Assembly (NCBI GenBank): GCA_030704615.1 | Contig: CM060731.1 | Span: 36,456,001-36,520,000, forward strand | From: Takakia lepidozioides | Taxonomy: Eukaryota; Plantae; Bryophyta | DNA length: 64,000 bases | Reading direction: 5' to 3' | Shown here: positions 24,179-36,077 of the stretch, piece by piece | Layout: each line of letters starts with the position of its first letter | How positions within the stretch are numbered: position 1 is the first letter of the stretch | Notes under the pieces: model-generated | What the model was told of the DNA's origin: nothing | Seen by the model: only the letters and a program-made list of their open reading frames with translations | The model's database searches: none | Translations under genes and position numbers: made by a program

Positions 24179-26882
24179 CTACCTTGGTGTCAATCTCCGT
24201 CGGGGTCTCAAGGTCTCCCTCTTCAGGAATTCCTTCTCCAACTCATTTAGACCACGATGCGTGCCATCAGGTTCTGCAACAAAACGCCTGCCACCCCGCT
24301 TTCCTCGCTTGCCCTCCTCGCCTAGCTCTTCTATCAGATATCGCCAGCCGCCAGGAGGCCTCCGACGGCTTCTAACATCTGTTAAGATCAGGCCAGCAAT
24401 CTTGACACAAACCAAAGCTCAGATCAGTTAAGCTACAGTAATGAGATTCAAACATGTTACTCAAAAGAGATTTATTGACCATAACCTAGCAGCTCACACA
24501 GCAGTGCTGGAACTGCTGGAATATTTCAAACTGGAAAAAATCAATGAAAACATTCAGTCTGAGAAATTTCAAGCCCGACATTATCAAAATCAAGCACCAC
24601 TTCATAAGATTTTCAGAAGAAAGCTCAGTTGGGAAAGTTTTGTGCACATTGTAGCCCTCAAAGTGAAACCAGTATTTCCAGTATTACCTGGTTGATTGCT
24701 GTTCAGAACTTGCAAGATAATCAATTACTTTTCAAACCAAATAATTCTTCATTAACTATTAGAAACAATGGGCACGAGGACACATCAGGGTACTGCCCTT
24801 TAGAAACATTCAAACAGGTGTTCCACATCGGTCAGGGATCCAATGGTGCATCTACCTTATCCCAGAGCTGTTTGAAGAAATATTACTGGATGTAGAAACA
24901 CACCCTACCTGCTTCTTGTTGAAGGACATGCGGCGCTCAAACTCTTCAACCAGCATCAATTCTTCCTTGGCTGACAAGTCCTCTGTGTCTGGGCCCTCTC
25001 CATCTTCCCCGTCCTCAATTGCCCCTTTCACACCAGGGCCTGTGCGTGGCATCGTCACATGACGTTCATTGTCTGCCGCTTCATAGGTCCTGCACAAACT
25101 CACACCTATCTGTTTCAAACACCAAGGCTCAAAATCTCTAACTATTGTTGACTTCCTCATGGTGGTATTCCTGAGCACAGGAACCTACGAGCCTATGCTC
25201 CTTGGCTCCTGGAGTACTGAGTGCCTGTAAGCATAAAGCACAAGGTCATGGCTAGACAGCTTCGAGTTTAATCTCTTCAGGGAGACAGAGGACCATTAGA
25301 CACAGGGCATATGGTGGCTGCCAGAGCAGTACCCACCAGGCTAAAAGTCCCACCATCCAAGTTGTTGCTTATCTCCTTCCCCTAACCACCAGCACTACTA
25401 AAACGGAACGGATACCCATAAAAACAGAAAACTCCTCCAAACTCCCCTGGTACATCTGTGTCAAAAAACAATCACCATAACTCCTGTGTCTGCTGGGGCA
25501 GTATGGTAACCCAGCCAAGAAACAGGTGCATGTGGCTGACCTGTGCACTAATGTCTAGTCTTAATGCCGTTCAAGGTGCACACCTGCGTACGAGGCCCTC
25601 TTTCAAAGCCTAAGGAAGATTGTCATTGCACCTTTATGTGATATTATGAAAAGCTTTGATTCTCCTTGAGTTTGTACTTTGGCTCATTTTCGTTTTGATA
25701 CATGATATGATAAAGAGGTTCTGGAGAACATGTGAAAGACCTTAATTTTTGAAAACAGTATCACTACTGGAGTGAGACTTCCTGATAGTAGTGGCCCTAA
25801 TGCTGCTCTCCCCCCTCCTCTAACCCTTCCTGCACCCATTTAGTCCGTCACATTGCAATGGTAGGGCAGGCAGACTATAATGTCTCTGTCTGGGTGGGGG
25901 GGGGTGAGTGGGGGGATCAATGATTGCACAATTAGAATGGCACGTCACCGTTCTGCAGGTGATGATCAGAATGCAACTTCCCCTCTTTGTCTAGATTCCT
26001 TCCCTCTCTTTGAAAGGTTCCACGCACCCATGTATATTTGCAAAAGCTTGCTCTATGTCATCCTCCAAAGGCCTTCCCAGCACCTCCTCCTCTTTCTTCT
26101 CTATGTCTTTAAGCCACACAATGGCATGCACTCGCTGCTTCCGAATCCGAAACTCCTTTGCCAATCTCTCAACCGTGACAGGCTCTGGGTTGTCGGTGTA
26201 CGCCCTCCAGATTCTCTCCTTCGTTTCTTCGGAAAGACGGGATGCTTTTTGGTCAGGCTCCACACCCGCAAAATTGTATATCATCGGTGTTTGTTCCACC
26301 TACCGACCGTTGAATGCCAACAGTTTCAATTGATTCAGTATAGACATGAAACTTGATGGCTTATCTGAAGTCTCATGGCCCATCCCAGGTCTGGAATGGG
26401 CTGTTGGGAAGTCGCACAGTGCGCTGGGGTCTACAGGTCGAATACAGAGGCATTGGACGAGTCTGGAAGATGCGTTCCCAGGAAACTATATGGTACATAA
26501 GTGAATGAGGATTTCCATTCCAGATTTTTGATTCAACCAAACAAAAACTTTCAAGACAACCTCCCTCGAAGGCTTGCAACAAGCTGTTTCTGCTGAGAAG
26601 ATGTAAGCAACCAGAATGGAACCACATTGTTATCAGTTCACTTACCTCTGCATCCGTGATGATCTCATACTTTCCTTTCTTTTGCTTGCCATCGGGATTG
26701 CCTTCCTGGTCGTCAGCGGCTGCACCCCTCCCGTCCGCTTCCTGCTCACTAGTGGTCGAGATTGGCCAACTTGCGACCAAATTTACTTGCAGCGATCTTA
26801 GCAGAGAAGCAGGTATGGAGGGAGCCATTAGATTCTCTCGCCCCCATCTGGAAGCCCAACGGTGGGCATGCTTGAGAAGCAT
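24179..26882 (-). CDS. GCD1: GAMETE CELL DEFECTIVE 1 / mitoribosomal mS45-like protein
   Basis: Exons 26882-26646, 26299-26028, 25089-24909, 24400-24179. Motifs TVERLAKEFRIRKQRVHAI.WLK, LGRPLEDD, SRRRPPGGW...GKRG..GG..F..EPDG..R.LNELEK..KRET. The true start may be further upstream (ATG ~27200). Confidence 0.85.
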
Positions 26883-27996
26883 CCCCAGCCCCCTTGCTTA
26901 CACCCTTTGAGGGAAAGTGCGTGTGATGGGAGAAGAAGGGCCCACCCAGTAACTGGGGCTGTGAAGCATATGCAGGTTGCCTCAACCTTATTACTGTTTC
27001 CTGCTACACCGTTGTGGGTTGTGAATCAAATAAGGAAAATCTTTCACACAGTGGTTCCCCCCAACTCTTCAATGCTTCTTCCCAGGCTAGCTGCCATTTG
27101 CGACACTGATAAAGGTTGAATCACGATGGGGGAGACAAGTTTATGGAGTGGACATACCAAAGCCACCAGCAAAAGCCCTAAACCCGACACCTCTTCTCAT
27201 GGTTTTTCCCCCTAGGAATGTGATGTTCAAGATTTCAGTATACAAGTTTGTCAACGACTGTGGTTCGTGGACACGCTTCTTTTTTAGGATGCATACGAAG
27301 CGCACTGTCTCCCTTCAACAAAGATCTGCCTCTAATCTGGCAGGCCCATTGTCGGAGAATCTCCTTGGTGTCTGATACGTAAAGCCCAGACTTTGGGTTT
27401 GGGATCATTGTCAACGTGAAATTCACTACATCGTTATATGGTCTTGTCACGGCTGCCACTGATGTGCAGGAGGCTAGAAGTGAGATGACTTTCCTCGGGC
27501 AGGTGACTGGTTTTAGAAGCATAATCTCAACAGGCGAGGCCCCGTCAAACAGGCTTCCTACCAAGCTGCATTCATGTCATCATGTAGGTGGCATCTCCTT
27601 ATTTCAGAAGCAAAGAGTAAGTTACTGATAGATTTTATGTTGTAGTTCTTTCGCAGTCTCGTCAGCGTACTCCGTTTGAGCAGCATGGGGACGACATGAG
27701 AGTAGATTGGGAAACCACTACCGGAGGTTTGGCTCACTCCAGCTATTAAAGAAGTAAAGTAAGCTATTTTTTGCCTTGCAGATGGAAGAAAAGCCCTTAC
27801 CGTAGGAGCAATTGGGCTAAAAACTTGTGCCCTTAGGTGTAACAAAGAAGACCACACTGGAAAAGGATGAATCCTTGTTATGTCCACGGACGACTCAAAG
27901 AAGAAAGCAGCCCAAAAGCTTCTGGGAGAAAAATGTATAACAAACAAGGCAACAACCACCGAAGAAATTGCACGAGAAATTGTTGAGAGAGAAAGA

Positions 27997-28108
27997 TTGT
28001 ACTCATAAGACGTTGTTTGCCGTAGCCTTGTGGGCATTGACCTCGCGCCCAGTTTGAGCGGGAACAAAAGGAACAGAACCTACCTCTGTCAGGGGCTGAC
28101 GTTGGTAG
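27997..28108 (-). mobile_element. 112-bp 3'-end copy of LINE family A with 15-bp TSD
   Basis: Near-identical to 2289-2399. TSD GTTGAGAGAGAAAGA at 27982-27996 and 28109-28123. Confidence 0.92.
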
Positions 28109-28666
28109 GTTGAGAGAGAAAGAGATGAGGAAAGAGGGGAAGAAAGACAGAGAGAAAGACTTGGGGTTTTTGAAGGCAGCAGCATAGAAGAGCAATCCCA
28201 TCTCTGAGTGTCCCAGCATAGAAAAGGGAGATTGAAATCTTGGGCAGGGCTTCTTGCAGGTATGAACCAACCAAAAACCTCCGTCAATCACAACTCGTTC
28301 AATATGAAAATGATGACTCGGGGAACGCGATTCTGTCTTAGGTGGTATCTGCGAGTTCTTGTGGTTCACAGTTTGGTGAAAGGCGAACTGCAAAATTTTC
28401 TTGCAACGACCTGACAGATACGAATTCCCATTGTATACGCATGGCATTGAGTGTTGAAAGAGTGATGGTTCGCTTTACGAACAGCTTGCGGATCAGTCTT
28501 ATGATCCTTGTTGGCTATATGCCAGCACCCTGTTCCAGTAATACCATTGCCGATGGTAGCTAAACTTTGAAGTATCGCAGCAACCTGAGTCGTCAGACAT
28601 GAGTGAGGCTATGATCAAGCAATTCTGGAAAATGAATGGACTGTGACGTAAAAAATGTCTCGTTTA

Positions 28667-31600
28667 CTAGTTCAAAGATGTGGGTTGAATCTCAGTTTGC
28701 AGAGGTTCCCTTCTCAAAAGGTACTCAACTCTATTACTTGAAGTGCTCTTGCACACTCTTGTCCACAAAACCAAAAGGGGCATCATTGCCAGGGAAGAGA
28801 CGATGAAGGCAACCCACATCACGGTGAGAGCAGACTTCAAGGGCCGGCAGCGGTGTGCCAGGATGTCTTCAAACGTCATCTTGACAACATTGCAAGATAT
28901 GATTCGAAATATAGTGGGCAATATGAGGTAGACGTTCTTTGTCGCATTCATGGCCAGCGTTGCCTCTTGAAATACAAAATTAGGGATTGGGGTGGTTGTA
29001 CCTAAGCAGAATGTGATGTTGTCAACATTGCACTGAAACATTCCATAATCCTGCACAAGGAGATCAATTTTCAGTAGGGGCTTGAAATTGATGGCTGAAT
29101 TTGTTATGTTGTTCTGCATCTGCGGGATTGTAACATGACTTCCTGAATATTAGCAAGGCTAAATCAGCTAGTACAGCCAGTTTTTTGCTGCAAAGAGCTC
29201 ACAACCACAGGTTCCTATGGATTCGAAGAGCCTAAAGCTCAAATGACTTCTTTGTCTGGTATTTTATCAGATCACTATCACTTTCCAAATTAGACAGATG
29301 ATGACAAAGAGCAGGATGCTTACTTCTTGGAATCGAGAAAATGAGCCTTGGCCTGGCGAACAGGCAGCTGGAAGGTATTCAGGTTCAGGTCCAAATGGAT
29401 CACAAAGGTGAGGCAGGATAGTTGGGTGGGCAATTTCCCCTCTGTCTGCCATTCTCTCTTCCTGCGCGTTGAGCAAGTCCACGGCTTTGTTGGTACGTTT
29501 GATCACAATCTTGATGGCCGATTTTGCCCCACCTAGAGTTTTGGCAGCAGCTACTGGAGTCAGGCAGGGTAGAAGCCTTGCAATGCTAGAGTTATGGGGG
29601 TTTCCATCGTAGGCTTTCATAGCCTGGCAGCCATCAGTAACAACACTGGACCATCCCATTGGCCATACAAACCAGATCATAATAGTTTCTTTGATGCCAA
29701 TGCTAAGAAGCAAAAGGTGCAAGGAACATCACCATTTGTATTGAATGTGTATATCAAAAAGAGAGAGACAGCAAGGATCTTAGTTTCATCTCCCTTTCAA
29801 TGTCATAACATGCAGGGCAGGATAGAAAGGAATGATGTTGTGTCAAATGATATCCTTGCAGTATGTGAAGTAGTCCATGTGTCTTGATATGGAGAATGTG
29901 TGAATTGAGCCCTGGTGAGGGAGGTGGAGAAAGTTGTGGACATGTAGTAAGGCGTCAAGATTTGGTTATCTTGACAAGTCACCCTGCCCATATGAGGAAT
30001 CAGTGAGATGAAAGCTCACTCCAATACTCAGAGTAAAAAGAAAGTTTCGAGATTTCTTCTATAGAGCTCTTTACTCTAGCATCGCTTAGATACAAGTACC
30101 ACATTCAGCCCCCCAAAAAGGCCACAACTTTTGGCTTTTTTGGAGTTTCACACACCCGTGGAAGTGTCATGCATTGACAGATCTGTTTGATTTTCAAAAA
30201 GGGCTCCTTTTTTAGCAGAGTACTTGTTTCAATGCTGTAGAGAATGTTCGGTATCCTATCGGTCATGTCCGCAGATTGATTGGACATCCGGAGACCCACT
30301 TTTCCCTGCTGAGTGAACTTATTATAACAAGGCGGCCTACGCTAATATTGAACTTCAACCTACTGCTGAATGGGAGGAGCCTTTTGATGGTCCTTTGGCC
30401 CTGTTGTCCACCAAAGGCTTTCAAGAAGCTTCGAGTAGACTTGTGCCGAGTTTCGCTCCTTCACTTTGGAAAGAGCAAGAGAATGTTGCTTGCTGGAATA
30501 GACATTGTGCCCAGTTCTACAAAGAGGCAAGCGGTGGAGAGGGGGAGACAGAACAATCCCGAAGAGTAAATGTGTTCAAGTGTCATAGCAAAAGAAGGGA
30601 AAGCACTAGGAAGCAAGGCCTCAAGCCTTAGATGAAGAGAGGGAAGGGACCCAGACCTGGTCAGGACGAAACTCACTCCAGCAACCATCCAGGATGCAAC
30701 CAGCACAAGTACCGCAATGGAAAATACCCTGCACACTAGCATTCACACTTTATCTTAGAGTTAAATTATCAGCTTGTGCTAGGCCTGATCTAGTTTGTGT
30801 TAGTGGGTGTGTATATGCCTTTTTAACCAGGTTAGAAGGCTGGAGAAGTGGGGCATGCATGTGGGTTGTTTCTTAGTTGTTACTGGTCATTTTCTTGGCT
30901 GGCTCTTGATCAGTGTTATCATACTTGTCATACTTAATTGTTACTGATGGCTGATTTCTGGCTATGTTTTTGTCTGTTTCTTGGATATTGCTACAGAGAT
31001 ATCGAAACAACCATCAGCAATCATGTGAGGCCTAGTTTGTGCTGTGAGAAGGACAGTATATGAAGATGTAGGTCTAACAGAAAGTACAATATTATGAGAG
31101 ATTGCTTTAAGAAGGTACTGGAGGCGTACATCATGAGAGGGATATGCCATCCTTTGATCATGCACACTGCGTCCACCGTGCCCCACAACCAGAGTATTTC
31201 CTCAGTTGCAACTTCAGACCATTTGTTCAGTCTAATATATATTTGGTTCCTGTTTGGTTGCTGTCTTGGGAAGGTCCCACTTGCTTGGAGTGCAAACCAC
31301 TTAAACTATGTCTATGTTGGGTTCTGTTATGCTAGAAATTCTATTTGGTTTGAAGCATTAGTTCAAGGATAGGAGAAATACATATTGCTGTTAAATAGTG
31401 TATTTACTTTATGCTGTTTAGAAGTGGTGATGCTTTGCACCTACAACAAATGCTGTGCGTTTGGAGCCATTGAACCTGCCAATCTTAGAATGGAACTCCA
31501 GTAGGTTTTTCTCTGCCAATGATACCCAATCCCTACAGTTGAGGTTCTCTAGCTTGTTTTCTTATGTAAAGTATGTCATTTAGTGGCAGTGCAGTGATCA

Positions 31601-34600
31601 GAACCCTGGCATCTTGATGATACTGCAGCATGGTTTTCCATCTCCAAACTTTTGGTTTTTACTTTTCTGACCCTCCACCTGCTGTCTTTTTCTTATTGCA
31701 AGGAACCCCCGCAGGTCCAAAGGGTATCGAGGGCAGACAGACCCTTATAAATCTTTCTTTCTTTGTTTTACTTTGGAAATCGAAATGCATGGCAGCTAAT
31801 GTGCATGAGGCCCTTTGTCTTTCGTGAATTGTTTGATGTTTCTGAAGTCCTTTCTTGCTATACTACTCTGTCCCATAGGCCCTGAGGGTCCCCTGTTGGC
31901 GCTATACCGTTGTTCTTTCTTTCTCGCTTTCTCTTCTCTCTTTCCCATTCTATGGCAGCTTTTAGGACCTCAAGTGACTGTCAGGGTACCTGCATGAAGC
32001 TCTTCGTCTTTGGGTGATGTCTCGTGTTTCTTGCTGTTCTACTTTGTCCCATGGGCTCTCAGGGCCCCCTGTGGACGCTATCCCATGACCCCTATGGGAT
32101 TTATCCTTTCTTTCTCTACGAGCTTTCCGCGGACGTTATAAAGCACCATTTCATTTCATTTCATTTCTAGTGTCCCTTGGGCTCTGTGGGCCTCTATGGA
32201 GGTAATAAAGTTCTTTCTCTGTTACCACCAAGTGACGAGTCTTTGTAATTCATTGAGTAAATGGGAAAGACGTACACATGCCAACAATCACCAGGATGAC
32301 CGTGAAAACTGCAATTATTGTCACAGCCACCTTCCTGCAGGCCGTCCCCCCAGTGATTTTACAACTTAGTGTTCAATCTCAATGGTTGATCTCTCCTGCT
32401 TTTTTTCCTCAGATTTGTTAGGCTGATAAAGAAGTTTGTCCATGGACTTCCTTTCACATGCATGAGTTCGATGAGCTTTAATTTGGAGTTATGTCCCCTA
32501 TCCTCAGTAACAGCCAGGTGAGTATACATGTGTTAAGGTGCATATACTTGTTGAATTGCTACCAGAATGCATACACCGGTGATTACATGCAGGAATTGGA
32601 TCAAAAGTTTGTGGGCTGAGTCTGGAGCGACTGGGTAATAAGGCTGCTCACGCAGAATAAAAGACACGGTAGACAAGTTCTTTGTTCTCCTCCACTAAGA
32701 CTGTGAGCTCCTTGAATGTCTCCGCCAGGTTGTGACAAGCAGAGAGAAACTTTTTTGCTACTTCTTGATTTGCTATGGCCCCGATGTTGGCAATGGGAAT
32801 GAGGCTTATTGCGTCATCCACTTCTGTCTGCATAAAACCCATGACTTGGTCAACAATGTACACTGACACTGACTGGGATAAGGACTGATCTAGAGGCAAG
32901 AAATGATACTCATTATGTCTGTGGGGGGACCAAAAAGACGAGGTTTTGATTGTGTTCAGAGAGGAAAATGAAAAACAGAGATGAGGAAGATAAACATTCA
33001 AATTTATTATGTCCAGAGTGAGAGAGAGGCCCTGCCTGGCTTGAACCCTGCACAAAACCTGCAAGAGTTTTGTATTAGGCTCCTAACCCCAGGAAGGAAG
33101 GTTAGGAGGGATCAATCTGGTTTTCGTCGCTATCTTGGGTGTTCACGGAAAAGTGAGGATCTGCCATCCCTCTGTCTGCTCTTATCCAAACAGCTTGCCG
33201 ACAGAGCCCCCCTTTTTTCTGTTCTTTTTCTTCCAGTACGGTCAAGGATTTTGAGCAAGGAGGGCTGTGCTTCAAGAATTTTAGAAGCTTGGGATTCTTA
33301 TTTTATCAAGGCTTCTGCCTTTGCATTGTGCCTCTCGCCTCTTCCTTGGTGGCTTCTTTCCAGTTAGGGGATCTTTTGCCTCGTGGGTTCTTGCCTTAGG
33401 GGCTTTTCATGAAGAGGGTCCGTAGTGAGTTTTCCTGACCTTTACATCTTTTGAGAAGCATGAAGTTGATCCAGTGCTGCTCAACTAGGCCTCCCAATTG
33501 TAACAGATGTGACACGTGTGGCTGGGGTTGCACGCCCAGTCACATTGTTGAGGAAAAAGGCCAGAAAGAGAAAGAAGAGAAACTTCATGGTCTGCGAAAA
33601 GGCCAAAGAGCTTTTGAGAGTGAGAGAGAAGAACACGAAATTTATTATGTCCATGGGAGGCCCTAGAACCACTGACACCGAACGAACAAATCAACCCCAA
33701 ACATTGCACGATGGTGATTTGCCTCATGCAGTGCCATTAAGCACTTTGGCTTAGACAGAAATGAAATGAAATGAAATAAAACTTTATAATGTTCACGGAA
33801 AGCTCAAAGAGCTTACTGGACAAGGAAGCAATAAACAAGAAAGAGAGAGGGGGCCACGAACAGCTCAAGAGCAACTATTGCTCAAGGGATTGCCTCACGC
33901 AGGTAAAGACACAAAGAGAGAAACTTATTGTATCACTTAAGAGGGCCATATTGCGCAGTAGAACGACACAGTAGACAGAGAAACCAAAGAACGAATGAAC
34001 CAAGTGTTGCATGAAGGCGAGTGCCTTAGATTGAGACAAGTTAAGAGAGGAAAAAATCTATAGACTCCATGGGAGGGCATGCCGGAGATTAAAAATAGAA
34101 GATTATTATGATTTCAGGAAGTCCAAAGGGCCCATGGTAGTGAGAGGGATTATGCTTGTGTCAGAGCTCTACACCATACAGTTAGTCATGGCTTCAAAAT
34201 GTGGATATTTGGTGATGGTATGTTGAAGGCATACCTTGATGTGGTCCACAGTGCCAATGAGGGTTTTGGCACAGGCCTTGAGCTGATATCCAAGTGTTTT
34301 GTTCCCCCAGAATATGACACCAGCAGCTGCTCTGCACACTTAGCTGCTTGGGTTAGAATATCTAGCTTGCATGATCTCAACTTCATGTCTGTCTATTCCT
34401 TCTCTCCTAGGGGATGAAGGATTCGTGTCAACAATGGATGTATGACCGTTGTCCTGTGCTCCATGACAGCACTTGTAGAATACCTGTCAACATAGGGCTA
34501 GCTTTCACATGTACTTCTTGGAGAGTAAAGGGCATTGCAAATTATCTTGGGGAAATCGATAGAAACAAGGTTGAGAGGGGAGAGACTGACAATGAAAGGA

Positions 34601-36077
34601 CGCTGAATTGGAAGACACATAAGATGGGCAGGCCTGGATGCATGTTGAATGGCAGGAGCTTGTCTTTCAATGGAAGGTTGCCCCAAGTCCAGCAGTGTCT
34701 GGTTCCCACCACAATTCCAATAACCAGACAGATAAAAGCCACTGCATACCCCCATATTCCTGTGAAGGCTGCCGACTGTCCACCCACAACACAGATCCCA
34801 ACAGTCCCTGCCGTTAGTGAATGAACCAGCAGTTCAATGCTCAGAAAATGTAGCTGAGGTTCATCTCTCTCTTGCTTCCTCCCAGTCAGACACAGGGTCT
34901 ATGCCTTGTATGCCAAGCGAAGCACTGGCATCTATTTCTCTCATGTATCTAGGCTGGTTTCTGAGATCTTTGGGACCAAATTCAAACCACAATGACACGG
35001 TCTAAGCATAATATCCAAAATAGGTAGCAGTAACTTAGATCTGAAATGTCAGTGTATTGAGTGTTGAAGTGCTTTGTTGCAGCACTTCTACCTTGAAGCA
35101 TTCACTAATTTGATTTGACCTGCACTCTCGACACCAGTTCACATTTAGATCCTGCGACTCGCGACCCTTGCACTTGGAGAAAACCAATGGCCTCCAATTC
35201 CCATGTCTAGAGCATCTGCTCTCAAAGGCTCTGGATGGGATCAAAAAATGCAGCAGCCATTGAGAATACGTACACTCCAATAGTGCAAGTTGGTGACGTT
35301 GAAGCCTTTGTTATATCTCCTGAACTTATTCAGTGGATCCAAGCGTGGAATGAGTCCAAGGACCTTCTCAGAGACATCGGGTATCCTTGGCACTGAATTG
35401 ATCTCCCCATCCTATCCTTCCCCCATTAATCCACAAAGTCATGCCAATTTAGCTTGCTATAAACTCGAGATGTGTGTGCTGATAACATCTGGTTCTGAAT
35501 TTAACTTGGCATTGACATGGATGATGAGTGTTTGGGCACACAGGTTCTCCTAGTGGCCTTTAGTTCAGTGGAGAGTCCTGAGTATCTTCCAGTGGTTTAA
35601 GTGAAGTGCTCATTTCTTAAGTGAAGTTTTGATCTGTTAATGCTTCCTTTCCTGGGATGTAACATTGATGTAAGTCCTAGAAATAAGCAAGATAAACGAG
35701 AAAAGCAACACCAGAAAGCTTCCCTCATAGATTGTTTGATGTCATTCACCAAGTCTAAGATTGAGCTACCGCTTCCCTTTGACTACCTGTAGACCCTGGT
35801 ATACCCAAAGACTAGTTTATAGGAGGCAGATGAGACTCCATACCTTCCTGAGCCACTTGAGGTGACGCTGGGTCTGGGGCTGGCAGTCACTGATATAAGG
35901 CTCATTTGGTAACCTGAAGGCCAACTTGCCTGTGGCAGGAAGCCTTCTCTCTCTCACACAGAGGAAAAGTCCGTGGGCATCCACAAACATGAGTGTAAGT
36001 GTCAGACCGATCAACCATAGATGTCTCTTCTTTCCTGTGGACCTCCATTGGCCGCTGTCATTGTACTTGATACTCAT
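28667..36077 (-). CDS. plant multi-pass membrane protein (At5g67550/At1g71110-type, possibly Tweety-like fold)
   Basis: Exons include ~35400-35274 (RLDPLNKFRRYNKGFNVTNLHYWS), 34775-~34590 (SAAFTGIWG), ~32875-32652, 32334-32276, 30728-30657, 29645-29324 (DGCQAM..LLPC..LCDPF) and 29050-28667 (C..V..TF..I...RC.PL). The first exon (~36077) and some small exons are uncertain. Confidence 0.75.
31860..32220 (+). mobile_element. stack of at least four LINE family-B-like 3' termini in an intron
   Basis: Units TGTCCC-hairpin-CYGYGGAC/G at ~31869, ~32045, ~32115 (with (ATTTC)4 tail) and ~32171. Confidence 0.7.
33758..33830 (-). mobile_element. LINE family B 3' end with (ATTTC)n tail
   Basis: Minus strand TTGTCCAGTAAGCTCTTTGAGCTTTCCGTGAACATTATAAAGTTTT(ATTTC)4. 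More degenerate relatives extend to ~34140. Confidence 0.75.

Noticed and set aside
30100-30315. CACTA-type mini element (CATTCAGC/CACTCAGC ends)
   Set aside because: The inverted match is only 7/8 bp and there is no TSD.
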